DNA of 64,000 bases from an uncultured cyanobacterium. Lineage in GTDB: Bacteria > Cyanobacteriota > Cyanobacteriia > Cyanobacteriales > Cyanobacteriaceae. Both the position numbers and the translations under genes were made by a program. Of this stretch, positions 11,065-21,725 are shown piece by piece (the stretch's first letter is position 1; each line of letters opens with the position of its first letter). Location of the stretch: the NCBI GenBank assembly GCA_963749915.1, contig CAVVOP010000005.1:352001-416000 (forward strand), given 5' to 3'. Under the pieces are notes generated by a model that worked only from the letters and a program-made list of their open reading frames with translations, was not told the DNA's origin and made no database searches.

Positions 11065-11071
11065 CAGAAGT

Positions 11072-12793
11072 TTATTGTTGTTTCAAATGAATGACGAGGG
11101 AAGATAATTCTTCAATTTCTTTTACTCTTAAAGTTTCAGCAATAAGACTCATTTTCTCAACAGAAGATATAGTACTAATCAAATCAATAATTTCGGCAGA
11201 ATTTTCAGGAAAACGAGTTTCTAAAATTTTACTGATAATGTCTTGAATTAATTGTTCTTTATGTTCTTGTGTTAAATTTAATTGTTGTTTGGCGGTGATT
11301 AAATCCTCTTGTTGTTTATTCAATATCTCTAACATTTGTTGTAATGTTCGTGCCAGAATACCCAAGTCATCGGGACGATGGCAAAAATCCTCAAAATCGG
11401 AGGGGCGAAAGTGATTATTTTCAATAGAAGATACGGCTGTGGCGGTAATGGCATAAAGTTCTTCTAAAGACTCTACATTTTGACGATGATTTACCTCTAA
11501 AGCATCCATAACTTGATTATAACGGTGGGCAATGTGTCCGATTTCAGTAAAAGGTTGTACAGGCACACGCAAAGTTAAATCATGGTTTCGGGCTTGTAAA
11601 TCCATGACTTGGAACAATTCATAGGTATCGGTACTTGCACCATGCTCAGAAATATTTAAACCTACTTCTTCATCTTCTGCTGACACTCGTAAACAGTAAT
11701 AACGATTAAGCAGAGTAAGCAAAGTAAAAGTTAAGCCGTAAGCCCATAACAAGGCAATGGTTACCCCTAATAACTGCACCATCAACTGGTGACCACGACT
11801 AAGATTAAGTAATTCTAAATCACTAAATAAGGCCACACAGATTGTACCCCAAATCCCTGCTCCACCATGGACGGCAACGGCATCTACAGCGTCATCAACC
11901 CCCCAACGTTTCAGATTAGAAGAGACTAAATTTGTCACCCCTGCACTGGTTATGCCTATCACTAAAGCCACAGGAGTTGAGACTAAATGACAACTGGCAG
12001 TAATTCCTACTAATCCTGCAAGGCTACCATTGATTAATTCTTCTACTTCGATGTGGCGATTTTGACATTGACTTAGAATCATACCACAAATCATCCCCCC
12101 AACCCCTGAAAGAATGGTATGGAGAATAATATCGGGTACTTTTTCGTTTAAAGCAAAGGTACTACCACCATTAAAACCAATCCATCCCACCCATAAAAGT
12201 AAAGCACCCAAAACCGCAAAGGGTAAATTTGAACCTTGAATTTTATTGATTTTTCCTTGTGAAAATCGCCCGTTGCGAGAGCCTATAACTATCAATGCCC
12301 CTAAACTTACCCATGCCCCAACACTATGGACAACAGTACTTCCAGCAAAATCAATAAAACCCATTTCCCTGAGCCAACCATTTTCATTCCATGCCCAATT
12401 GCCAAATAAAGGATAAATTAAGCCCGAAACAAGAATGGCGGTGATTAAATAAGCCCCAAACTGTAACCTTTCCGCCACCGCACCTGAAATGATCGTAGTG
12501 GAAGTACCGCAAAACATGGCTTGAAAGATGAAAAAGACAGCATTCGAAGATTGATTAGATGAAGAAAAGAAAAAATTACTTGTGCCAAACCAACCCGTTT
12601 GGGAGACTCCGAACATCAAAGCATAGCCAAAAGCCCAAAATAACAATATAGAAACGGCAAAATCTGCAATATTTTTCACCGCTACATTAATACTATTTTT
12701 TGATCGAGTTAATCCCGATTCAAGACACATAAAACCGGCTTGCATCAATAATACTAATCCCGAACAAATCAATAACCAAAGTTGATCAATCAT
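11072..12793 (-). CDS. amt: Ammonium transporter (Amt) with long cytoplasmic HAMP-like C-terminal extension
   Basis: LMQAGF, FQAMF, DFAGSTVVH, GFNGG, DDAVDAVAVHG, EEVGLN; about 190 extra C-terminal residues. Confidence 0.93.
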   Translation of the reverse strand: MIDQLWLLICSGLVLLMQAGFMCLESGLTRSKNSINVAVKNIADFAVSILLFWAFGYALMFGVSQTGWFGTSNFFFSSSNQSSNAVFFIFQAMFCGTSTTIISGAVAERLQFGAYLITAILVSGLIYPLFGNWAWNENGWLREMGFIDFAGSTVVHSVGAWVSLGALIVIGSRNGRFSQGKINKIQGSNLPFAVLGALLLWVGWIGFNGGSTFALNEKVPDIILHTILSGVGGMICGMILSQCQNRHIEVEELINGSLAGLVGITASCHLVSTPVALVIGITSAGVTNLVSSNLKRWGVDDAVDAVAVHGGAGIWGTICVALFSDLELLNLSRGHQLMVQLLGVTIALLWAYGLTFTLLTLLNRYYCLRVSAEDEEVGLNISEHGASTDTYELFQVMDLQARNHDLTLRVPVQPFTEIGHIAHRYNQVMDALEVNHRQNVESLEELYAITATAVSSIENNHFRPSDFEDFCHRPDDLGILARTLQQMLEILNKQQEDLITAKQQLNLTQEHKEQLIQDIISKILETRFPENSAEIIDLISTISSVEKMSLIAETLRVKEIEELSSLVIHLKQQ

Positions 12794-13056
12794 TTAATAA
12801 GTGGTGAACAAAACAATACTATATTCATGACATGTTTCTAGCCAATTAAATGATACATGAGACACCATTTTGTTTATCCCCTTTCCATCAGTCAGCAAAT
12901 TAGCCCCAAAAGTTGCAGATTGATTGTGGGAAACTTTAACTAAATTGGAAATCCATAGGAGAAAGACTTTCTTTCTTTGTTAGTATTGACTAAATAAAAA
13001 TAGTTATATCAACCTAACTTTAAATTATCAAATAATATTAATTTAGTTAAAAATAT

Positions 13057-13404
13057 ATGAAAAAAACTCTTTTATTCTTCTTAAGTTTAACTATCTTTTT
13101 TCTGTTCAATTTATCCCTGATATCCCCTGCTAAAGCTCAAACTCCTAATAATTCAATGGGGCAGAACATTTTTTCGGTCCACTGTGCGGCATGTCATCCT
13201 AATGGTAGTAATATTATTAGGAGAGGTAAAAATTTGCGGTTAAAGGCTTTGCAAAAAAATGGTTATAACTCTGTAGATGCCATCACAACCATAATCACAA
13301 ACGGTAAAAATAATATGTCATCATTTAAAGATCGTCTCACAGAAAAAGAGATTAATCAGGTAGCAAAATATGTTTTTCGACAAGCAAAAAACAACTGGCA
13401 ATAA
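13057..13404 (+). CDS. petJ: Cytochrome c6-like protein (c6B/c6C type)
   Basis: Signal peptide, CAACH haem motif, NGKNNM axial Met. Confidence 0.85.
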   Translation: MKKTLLFFLSLTIFFLFNLSLISPAKAQTPNNSMGQNIFSVHCAACHPNGSNIIRRGKNLRLKALQKNGYNSVDAITTIITNGKNNMSSFKDRLTEKEINQVAKYVFRQAKNNWQ

Positions 13405-13442
13405 TTTAATTTTTAAGTTTAATAAAAAGGAGTAATTTTTTT

Positions 13443-13838
13443 ATGCTATTAGGTGCAAGTGTTATCACAGTTTCCGCACTTTTCGTTTATCTTGTAACAA
13501 TTATTAACGTTGGGAGAGCTAGAGCAAAATATAACGTAATGCCTCCTGCAATGTCAGGAGAACCTAATTTTGAGAGAGTATTAAGAGTACAAGAAAATAT
13601 GTTGGAACAACTAATATTTTTCTTACCCTTAATGTGGATTTTTTCCTATTATGTAAGTGAATTATGGGGTGCTATTTTAGGAGGAGTTTGGATTTTAGGA
13701 AGGATTTTATATGCTTGGGGTTACTATCAAGAGGCGAAAAAGAGAACCTTGGGTTTTGGCATTAGTTCATTAACTAGTATGGGTTTATTATTAGGTTGTT
13801 TAATTACTTTAGGAATGTTAGTCATTAATAATATATAG
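13443..13838 (+). CDS. MAPEG family membrane protein
   Basis: FERVLRVQENMLE, GRILYAWGY. Confidence 0.9.
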   Translation: MLLGASVITVSALFVYLVTIINVGRARAKYNVMPPAMSGEPNFERVLRVQENMLEQLIFFLPLMWIFSYYVSELWGAILGGVWILGRILYAWGYYQEAKKRTLGFGISSLTSMGLLLGCLITLGMLVINNI

Positions 13839-14053
13839 CAAAAATTTGAGCGTTTAGTTTTTTAGGTCGTCAAACCTAACGCTCTTTCAAGTTTAAGAAT
13901 GAGGGTTTAATTATTTAGTATAGTTTCCACAATTCTTCTTTAAATAAGTACAAATTTACTATTTTATTTAATCCCCATTCCTTAGCATCATGGAAACGCA
14001 CCATTGAAGATAACTTATTTACTAGAGGAGGAGGTTAAATTATGATTCATTCA

Positions 14054-14164
14054 GTCATTGCGAGGGAAGTAACTTTATTGAGATTTAATTACTTTAACCA
14101 AAAAACCCCGAAGCAATCTCAAATTATCGAAGTAGAGGATTGCTTCACTATCGTTCGCCATGAC
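14054..14164. repeat. Nested palindromic REP-like element
   Basis: Outer GTCATTGCGA/TCGCCATGAC and inner GAAGCAATC/GATTGCTTC inverted repeats. Confidence 0.75.
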
Positions 14165-14202
14165 AGTATAAATTCATATAAAAAGAGAAAAAATCAACCA
14201 TT

Positions 14203-14454
14203 ATGCCTACAGTTTTATACATTAAAGGATGGCGATTTTTCTTTTAGTCAAATGAAGGAAATGAACCCATACATATTCATATTCAAAAAGGAGCAAAAGA
14301 ATGTAAATACTGGTTAGACATTGACAACTATTCTGTAGAAGAAGCCCACACTTATAACATGAATAAAAAAGATATTCGAGAAGTTAAGAAAATATTATTA
14401 CAGAATTTAGATGAAATTGCTGAACCATGGAATCAATTTTTTGGCAGTAACTAA
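14203..14454 (+). pseudogene. DUF4160 family protein with an in-frame TAG
   Basis: MPTVLYIKGWRFFF*SNEGNEPIHIHIQKG...WNQFFGSN; TAG at 14245-14247; stop overlaps next ATG (TAATG). Confidence 0.8.
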
Positions 14455-14711
14455 TGAACAAAATCCATAATATTCAATCAATCGATTTTACAGAAAGAGA
14501 AATGATTTTAAAAGTTGACAATAAAACTTATCATTTACCCCTTTCAGAAGTATCGAAAAAATTAGATCAAGCTAGTGATATGGAAAGAAAAATATATAAA
14601 ATTTCTCCCTCTGGTTATGGCATTCATTGGTTAATAATTGATGAAGATTTATCCATTGATGGATTAATAAAATTAGCTGAAAACTTATTTATTAAAAACG
14701 ATAGTAACTGA
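14454..14711 (+). CDS. DUF2442 family protein (partner of DUF4160)
   Basis: GYGIHWLIIDEDLSIDGL. Confidence 0.85.
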   Translation: MNKIHNIQSIDFTEREMILKVDNKTYHLPLSEVSKKLDQASDMERKIYKISPSGYGIHWLIIDEDLSIDGLIKLAENLFIKNDSN

Positions 14712-14724
14712 TGAAAAATAAACT

Positions 14725-14967
14725 ATGAATACAGAACAAATATTAATTAATAAATGGCGATTATTACCACCGGAAAAACAACAAGAAGTAATAGATTTTG
14801 TAGCCTTTTTAGAGCAAAACTATAGCCAGAAAAAAACAAGAGAAGAAATCCCCAACTTGGAATCAGAAAATAGTCAAATAACTACCAATTCTTTAGAAGG
14901 AAAATTAATCTATTATGAAGATCCTTGCGAACCTGTTGCCCTTGAAGATTGGGAGGCGATGATGTGA
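14725..14967 (+). CDS. Putative antitoxin (DUF2281-like)
   Basis: LPPEKQQEVIDFVAFL; overlaps the PIN gene. Confidence 0.75.
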   Translation: MNTEQILINKWRLLPPEKQQEVIDFVAFLEQNYSQKKTREEIPNLESENSQITTNSLEGKLIYYEDPCEPVALEDWEAMM

Positions 14968-15347
14968 TTATTCTTGACACTCATATTTGGATTTGGTGGA
15001 TAGATAAACATGAAAAATTAACAGCTAAAAATCAAAATTTAATTGAAAAATATCGCCATAAAGGATTAGGAATAAGTATTATTTCATGTTGGGAAATAGC
15101 TAAATTAGTAGAGAAAAACCGCCTTAAATTTGAATGTAGCGTTGAAGAATGGTTAAACTCTGCGGTGGCATATCCTGATGTTCAATTATTAGATTTAACT
15201 TTACCCATCATTTTACAATCTACTCAATTAGAGGGATTTCATCAAGACCCTGCTGACCAAATTATTGTTGCTACAGCTAAAGTTTATGACTGCCCTCTCT
15301 TAACCCAAGATAATAAAATACTTAAATATCCAAATGTTAACTTCTAA
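14964..15347 (+). CDS. vapC: VapC/PIN-domain toxin
   Basis: IILDTHIWIW, ISCWEIA, HQDPADQIIVATA, LLTQD; GTG overlaps the upstream TGA. Confidence 0.88.
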   Translation: MIILDTHIWIWWIDKHEKLTAKNQNLIEKYRHKGLGISIISCWEIAKLVEKNRLKFECSVEEWLNSAVAYPDVQLLDLTLPIILQSTQLEGFHQDPADQIIVATAKVYDCPLLTQDNKILKYPNVNF

Positions 15348-15394
15348 TTTACGCAGTTTACCTCGATCTGAACGATGAACAGTTTTAGGTTTTC

Positions 15395-15504
15395 TTCTTT
15401 CTCTTAAGGCTCAATAAAGGGTATCTACAGAAACACCATAAACCGAAGCGGTTTCTTTCATCATTTTGGTCATCGGTGGAAACACGAGCGTAGCCAATTA
15501 ACAT
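15395..15504 (-). pseudogene. Internally deleted serine resolvase/invertase remnant
   Basis: MLIGYARVSTDDQN joined directly to an HTH-like tail (ETASVYGVSVDTLY). Confidence 0.75.
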
Positions 15505-15675
15505 TTTTCCAGTCAAAGTGAGTAAAGAAACTCTTTAACTAGAATTTCATCTTAACTTAGATATTTTGATTCATCACCAAAAGTGAGAAAGAGCCTTAAT
15601 TCGAGCCGAGAAGGTTATTATTGCAAGCCCTTACATGTAGATAATGCAGGTTAGAGTAAATAATACCCTGATATC

Positions 15676-16248
15676 TCAACTTATTTTGCCTAAATGTTCC
15701 AGAGGCCAAAAAGTGAAAATGGCTTTACCGATGATATTTTCTTGGGGTAAAAATCCCCAGATATGGGAATCATTAGAATTGTTACGATTATCACCCATAA
15801 CGAAAACGTAACCTTCTGGTACTTCTATTGTCTCTAAATTATATTTAGGGGTATCGAGAATATAGTCTTCCGTGACAGGTTTTTCGTTGACATAAACGAT
15901 CCCCTCCCTTACCGCTAAGGTTTCCCCCCCATGGGCGATAATTCTTTTAATAAATGCTTGATCTTGATCATATCCTAATATTTGTAACTGTGGTGGTGGA
16001 GCAAAAACTACTATATCATGGTCATGGGGTTTAGTAAAATAATAAGAAACTTTTTCTACTACCAAGCGATCGCCAGTAGAAAGAGTGGGAGACATGGATT
16101 CTGAGGGAATAAAACGGGGTTCGGCGATAAAAATGCGAATGATAATCGCTAAAACTAAGCCAATCAAAACAATACCAAAATTTTCTTTAATTTGTGCCCA
16201 AAAATCAGTTTTAGAAGTAGATAGATTAGTTTCGGTTAATTTAGTCAT
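15676..16248 (-). CDS. lepB: Signal peptidase I
   Basis: IPSESMSPTL, FIKRII, MGDNRNNSNDS. Confidence 0.95.
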   Translation of the reverse strand: MTKLTETNLSTSKTDFWAQIKENFGIVLIGLVLAIIIRIFIAEPRFIPSESMSPTLSTGDRLVVEKVSYYFTKPHDHDIVVFAPPPQLQILGYDQDQAFIKRIIAHGGETLAVREGIVYVNEKPVTEDYILDTPKYNLETIEVPEGYVFVMGDNRNNSNDSHIWGFLPQENIIGKAIFTFWPLEHLGKIS

Positions 16249-16384
16249 AGGGTGAGAAAAAAGATGAAGAATAATATTTAAGAAATAGGGAATGGAGAAT
16301 AGTCAAGAGATTTCGTTTTATTCAACGACTTTTAAAACAACCAGTCCAAATATATTTTAGCTTAGTCGAAAATCTCTTTATCAA

Positions 16385-16499
16385 CTAGTAGTCTGTCAAG
16401 ACTGAAACGAGGAACAAAAGTTATAATTTTTTCAATCATCTCCCGACTCCCTAACACTCGGCAGTCTTATTCCTCAACTCAAAATTGTCGGAGTACTAG
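16385..16499. mobile_element. Degenerate MITE-like element
   Basis: Imperfect terminal IRs CTAGTAGTCTGTCAA / TTGTCGGAGTACTAG. Confidence 0.55.
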
Positions 16500-16553
16500 T
16501 CTTTCTCTTTCCCTAGCTTTCCTAAAAGCAAATTATTTCCAGAGAATGCAATC

Positions 16554-17753
16554 TTAGTCGTCTAAAGCGGCAATACCCGGTAAAACTTTACCTTCGAGCA
16601 ATTCTAAACTTGCACCGCCACCGGTAGAAATATGGCTCATTTTTTCCGCAACGCCTACTTTTTCCACTGCCGCAACGGAATCACCACCGCCGATAATCGT
16701 AATTGCACCTTTTTCCGTTAATTCTGCTAAAGTATGAGCGATCGCTTCTGTACCTTGAGCAAATTTTTCAAATTCAAAGACACCCATAGGTCCATTCCAG
16801 ATTACACTTTGACAATCCCCAAGGGCATCTTGGAATGTTTTAACGGAATCGGGTCCAATATCTAATCCCATCCAACCATCGGGAATATTTTTAATATCAA
16901 CGGTTTGAGCGTTAGCATCGGGGGCAAAGTTATCGGCTACAACTACATCGGTAGGTAATAAAAACTCTACACCTCTTTCTTTTGCTTTTGCTTCTAAAGT
17001 CTTAGCTAATTCTAATTTATCTTCTTCTACTAAAGATTTTCCGACCCTTAAACCACGGGCTTTGTAGAAAGTGAAAATCATACCACCACCGATGATTAAT
17101 TTATCACATTTTTCTAATAAGGTTTCGATGACACCGATTTTACTAGAAACTTTAGAACCACCAATGATGGCCACTAAAGGACGTTTGGGATTTTCGATGG
17201 CACTTTGTAAAAATTTTAGCTCTTTTTCGATCAAGAAACCAGCCACACAGGGAGATAAATAATGAGTTACCCCCTCGGTGGAAGCATGGGCACGGTGTGC
17301 GGTCCCAAAAGCATCATTAACATATAAATCAGCATTACTGGCTAATTTTTTCGCAAATTCAGGATCATTCCCCTCTTCTTCATTGTAAAAACGGAGATTT
17401 TCTAATAAGGCAACATCACCATTAGCTAAACCATTAACTCCCGCAGTGACATCATCACCGATGCAATCATCAAATTTAGTGACTTTTTTACCTAATAACG
17501 CCGATAAGCGATCGCCCACTGGGGTTAAACGTAAACTATCTTTAACTTGACCTTTTGGACGACCCATGTGACTACATAAAATAACTTTAGCACCGTTGGA
17601 GGTTAGGTAATTAATAGTAGGTAAGGCCGCCTTAATACGGGTATCATCGGTGATCTGACCGTTTTCCATGGGTACGTTGAAATCTACACGTACTAACACC
17701 CTTTTTCCTTGTAAATCAGATTTTGTTAAACTTGCAATACTTTTTTTTGCCAT
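16554..17753 (-). CDS. pgk: Phosphoglycerate kinase
   Basis: [36 protein letters not shown]. Confidence 0.98.
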   Translation of the reverse strand: MAKKSIASLTKSDLQGKRVLVRVDFNVPMENGQITDDTRIKAALPTINYLTSNGAKVILCSHMGRPKGQVKDSLRLTPVGDRLSALLGKKVTKFDDCIGDDVTAGVNGLANGDVALLENLRFYNEEEGNDPEFAKKLASNADLYVNDAFGTAHRAHASTEGVTHYLSPCVAGFLIEKELKFLQSAIENPKRPLVAIIGGSKVSSKIGVIETLLEKCDKLIIGGGMIFTFYKARGLRVGKSLVEEDKLELAKTLEAKAKERGVEFLLPTDVVVADNFAPDANAQTVDIKNIPDGWMGLDIGPDSVKTFQDALGDCQSVIWNGPMGVFEFEKFAQGTEAIAHTLAELTEKGAITIIGGGDSVAAVEKVGVAEKMSHISTGGGASLELLEGKVLPGIAALDD

Positions 17754-18015
17754 GATCAAACTTTCCTATAAATATCAAACTATTAAAAATAAATCAGTAA
17801 AAAATTTTACCCTCTTGCAGATTTTACCCGACAATGTAACGATGTGTAAATTTAATTTTTAAAAGTTACAAAAAAAATATAGGCTATAGTGCTAGAAAAT
17901 AAATGATGGATAGGCACCTTTAAGTATAAAAACCGGAAGTTTATACCTCATTCCCGATAGTGATAAAATAGGGTAGTGTATCACATTTACCGCCTGAATA
18001 TCTTAGGTACGTGTT

Positions 18016-18414
18016 ATGTTTAAAAATATTCTTTTTCCCATTGATCAAAATCGAGAAACAAGGGATGCGGTTGCTATCGTGAGTAATGTCGTCAAAACTT
18101 ATGATAGTAAGTTATTTTTACTTTCTGTAGTCGAAAGATCCGCCGATAATAGTTCGGTTATGAGTGATGAAGACAATGTGGCTAAATTGCTAGGTGGGGC
18201 AAAAGAATTATTTGCCCAAGAAGATATTAACGCTGAAATCATTGAGCGTGAAGGGATGCCCTCTTTTACTATCTGTGACGTAGCAGATGAAATAGAGGCA
18301 AATTTAATTATTATGGGATGTCGGGGTTTAGGCTTAACCCAAGAAGGTGCAGAAGATAGCGTCACTAATCGGGTGATAAACCTTGCACCTTGTCCGGTGT
18401 TGGTTGTACCCTAG
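18016..18414 (+). CDS. Universal stress protein (UspA family)
   Basis: FKNILFPID, LIIMGCRG, APCPVLVVP. Confidence 0.92.
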   Translation: MFKNILFPIDQNRETRDAVAIVSNVVKTYDSKLFLLSVVERSADNSSVMSDEDNVAKLLGGAKELFAQEDINAEIIEREGMPSFTICDVADEIEANLIIMGCRGLGLTQEGAEDSVTNRVINLAPCPVLVVP

Positions 18415-18544
18415 TCTTAATGTAGTGGCCAAATTTCTTGCCCCCAAGGAGTAAAAAAAACAAGCAATACAGATGAACTGGAAGACATAAGAAAATATAA
18501 GTATTTTTACTTCAAGCTAAATCTTCATTGTCAACTGGCAACTG

Positions 18545-18880
18545 TTAATTGCCCATTGCCCTTCTATTATCGATAATTAACTTAATCCCTAATGCCATTA
18601 GCCCTACTGTCACCATCAAAAAGACAAAAGTCGCCATGGTGGTGATACCCATAATCAATGTTCTCACCGAAGACGCAATATTTACCGCCATGGGATTTTT
18701 AAACTTGATGGGCATTGTGCTGTAAGTTAGTATAACTGATTTCGTAAGTAAATAGGCGGCGATGGCCAAAGCCCCGGAAATTGAACCCCCTGTAAAACAA
18801 CGCATGGGGGTAATTTTTTCTTTATCTCCTTGTGTAATCGTAGTCGGCTTATCTTTAATCTCAGTATCACTCATGATCAA
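18545..18880 (-). CDS. DUF3082 family membrane protein
   Basis: NIASSVRTLIMG...ATFVF, two TM segments. Confidence 0.75.
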   Translation of the reverse strand: MIMSDTEIKDKPTTITQGDKEKITPMRCFTGGSISGALAIAAYLLTKSVILTYSTMPIKFKNPMAVNIASSVRTLIMGITTMATFVFLMVTVGLMALGIKLIIDNRRAMGN

Positions 18881-19021
18881 AAGTTATGGTTAATTCTACA
18901 CCTTAATTATGACAGGGAAATAACCATTAACAATTCTTAAATTATTTATGTTTCTCCTAATATTTTGATTAGCATGGAATAAGAGTTAGTATCGGATAAG
19001 AGTTAGTAAGGAGAAAATATT

Positions 19022-19381
19022 ATGTTTAACAATAAAATTGCTATTATTTTAATAGCTGCTGTGAGCCTGTTTTTAAATTTTTCGGGAGTCAAGGCACAAA
19101 ATGAGCTAGGAGAAGAGATAAGTACTACGGGAGAACCTTTACAAGGACTTGATTCAAGAAACGTGGCGGAAGGTTTAGATAAAGATAAAACTCCTAAATT
19201 AAATGTAACTTTAGAGAGAGACAATAAACCTGAAAGTAAATTTACCACTGGCAATGAGTTTATTGATTCTTTAATTAGCAATCCTGCAGCCCCGAAAACA
19301 TCGACTATTGAGGGATTAAATACTAATAAGGGAGATGTACCTACCACAGGAAGCGGTACTATTCCTCTCTTTAATTTTTAA
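19022..19381 (+). CDS. Hypothetical secreted protein
   Basis: RBS AGGAG, signal peptide ending VKAQ, C-terminal Phe. Confidence 0.65.
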   Translation: MFNNKIAIILIAAVSLFLNFSGVKAQNELGEEISTTGEPLQGLDSRNVAEGLDKDKTPKLNVTLERDNKPESKFTTGNEFIDSLISNPAAPKTSTIEGLNTNKGDVPTTGSGTIPLFNF

Positions 19382-19452
19382 CTTAGAAACTAAAAGACTC
19401 TAATAAAAATATATTGTAACTGTTCGGGGGGGCATTAAAAATGCTCTACATC

Positions 19453-20258
19453 ACCTGAGTTCGATGTAACAATAAAACTGAAAATAAGGTATGTCAAGTA
19501 TTTTGACCTTTATCTTAATTTTCAACAACAAATACGCAGAACAAATCACAGCTAAAAATGGTTATTTTTAGCTGTGATTTTATTTTTTTTTTTTATATGG
19601 ATAAAAAATTAAATTACTAATGCAGATAATAAATTTATCTCATCTTTTTCTAATTGCAATTTTGGTTTTTTCTCTTGCCATGTATAAGCTATTAATCCTG
19701 CCACGGCATTCACTAAAAAATTAATTGGACTTCTGTGACGAGAATGCACTATTTGTGATATATTTTGTAGCTGATCATTTACTGTCTCAATTAATGACCT
19801 TTTTCTTAACATTAATTTTTCCCATAATTCCAATAATTTATTATTCATCTTTTTTTTGAATGGTGTTATTAATTTAATATTTTTCAGCCATAATTGTTGA
19901 AATAAATCTTGAGAAATGTAGCTCTTATCTCCAAATAATCGACCCCATAAATCCTTCGTTAAATAAGGTACTGTTAAAAGATGGTTCAAAAATTAAACAG
20001 AAATCATCTACATCATAGAAAAGTGTTTCTAATTCCATAAAAATTAATTTAAAAAAAATAACATATTGATTATGAAATTAATTTTTTAAAAAAAGGAGAT
20101 ATTAGCAATGAAATTTAATAAATATTCAGAAAAATTAACTTATTAACCTGGGTAGAACTTTTAATACATTAAGAATTGTAAAATAGCGAAAAATAGTATA
20201 AACCCAAAACTCATATAGGTTAAGAGTTTGAGACTATTTTCTTATATCGAACTCAGGT
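19453..20258 (-). mobile_element. Internally deleted IS982-family element
   Basis: Perfect 13-bp IRs ACCTGAGTTCGAT, 6-bp TSD TACATC; transposase N-terminus MELETLFYDVDDFC joined to C-terminus GDKSYIS...RKRSLIETVNDQL...HSRHRS. Confidence 0.9.
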
Positions 20259-20419
20259 TACATCGAATCGAGGGAAATAAGTACGAAAAGTAGGCTCAAT
20301 ATGATTTTTCTTGTATTATTTTAATAGTTAAAAGTACTATTGCTCTCCTTGATATATTTTTTAGCCATTTTGGGAATACTTTATCTATGACTAAAATTGG
20401 CTGAAACTCTATTGAATAA

Positions 20420-21725
20420 ATTCACTTTTTAATCAAATTACTAATATTTAATCAAAATCATAATAGCTTACCAAAAATATTTTTAACGGGGGATCCAGCA
20501 CAAGTTATTAATCCTAGTGGCTTTCATTGGAATCGAGTCAAAGATATTTTTTATCGTGCCTATTCTGATTTACCACAATGGGATAATAAGATCAAAAGTT
20601 TAATTGAACCTAAACAGTTAAATATCAATTTTCGTTCTGTTAGTGGTATTGTTGATTTAGCTTCAGCTATCATTCCTCTTATTCAACATAATCAACATTT
20701 AGCATCAGAATTAATTATTCAAAATTCTATTATTCAATCGGAAGATAAACCGTTAATTATCAATCAATCTCCCCTTGATTATTTTAAGAATAAAGATTCT
20801 TTTGGCAGTCGAAACGCTATTATTGTTACTACTAATAAAGATAAAGAAAATTTAGCAAAATATTTTAAGAATGATAATCAAAGAATTTTAACAATTCAAG
20901 AAGCAAAAGGATTAGAATTTGATGAGGTTTTAATCTGGAACTTTTTTTCTAATTTTGAGAGTTGGCAAAATGGTAATAATGCCGAAATAAAAGAAGTAAA
21001 AAGATATAAGTATAACTGTTTATATGTTTCGATAACTAGGGCAAGAAATAGATTATATTTTTATGATGAAAATGTAACTAAATTTTGGAATTCAGCTAAT
21101 ATTAAAAATCTTGTTGATGATGGTAATACATATGATTTAGAAACTTTATTAAAATCCGATGAAAGTATCGAAGATATTAAGAAATCAGCCCATGAATACT
21201 TAAATCAAGGTACAATTCAGGGATATAAAATTGCGATTGAATTATTTACACGAGCAAAAGATAATGATAATTTGAATAAGGCAAAAGCATTGTTAGCAGA
21301 AAAGGAAGGAGATTATAATTTAGCTAGGGGATATTTGGCAAAATAATGTGACGAAAAAGCCGTTTGCTATCAGCAGCTAAAGCATGGTTAGAAATAGAGG
21401 AAACGGAAAAAGCCGCTATTTGTTATGAAAAATTGAAGATTGGGAAAAAGCCGCTATTTGTTATGAAAAATGTGAAGATTGGCAAAATGCCGCTATTTGT
21501 TATGAAAAATCTGAAGATTGGGAAAAAGCAGAATATGCTTGGAAAAAAATTGCAAATTCGGAGAGAATTGCTAACGCTTGTGAACAACAGGGAAAAAGTA
21601 AATGGAACGAGGCACAAATGTATTATCAAGAAGCCGAAAAATATAAAAAAGCCTACGATTTGTTATGGAAAATGAATAGAAAAAGAGAAGCATTATGGAC
21701 ATTAGGAAAGTATAAACTGTTTTAG
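20420..21725 (+). pseudogene. 5'-truncated, frameshifted SF1 (UvrD-like) helicase with TPR-like C-terminus
   Basis: Open frame 20420-21346 lacking a 5' start codon: TGDPAQ, NFRS, TIQEAKGLEFD, LYVSITRAR; followed by AAICYEKxEDW repeats. Confidence 0.85.
21404..21530 (+). repeat. About 39-bp coding tandem repeat (3 copies)
   Basis: GCCGCTATTTGTTATGAAAAATnTGAAGATTGG units; the first copy is 1 nt short. Confidence 0.85.

Noticed and set aside
12794..13056. NtcA box upstream of amt
   Set aside because: No convincing GTA-N8-TAC found by eye
14245..14247. Stop-codon readthrough or recoding in DUF4160
   Set aside because: A single TAT/TAC to TAG nonsense change is simpler; no recoding signal or machinery seen
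14042..14317. 91-aa ORF
   Set aside because: Chance frame across a palindromic repeat and the DUF4160 pseudogene
21404..21530. Diversity-generating retroelement TR/VR pair
   Set aside because: Adjacent tandem coding repeats, differences not adenine-specific, and no reverse transcriptase in the window
21364..21675. 103-aa ORF and antisense 21423-21629
   Set aside because: Largely out-of-frame readings of the TPR-repeat tail of the helicase pseudogene
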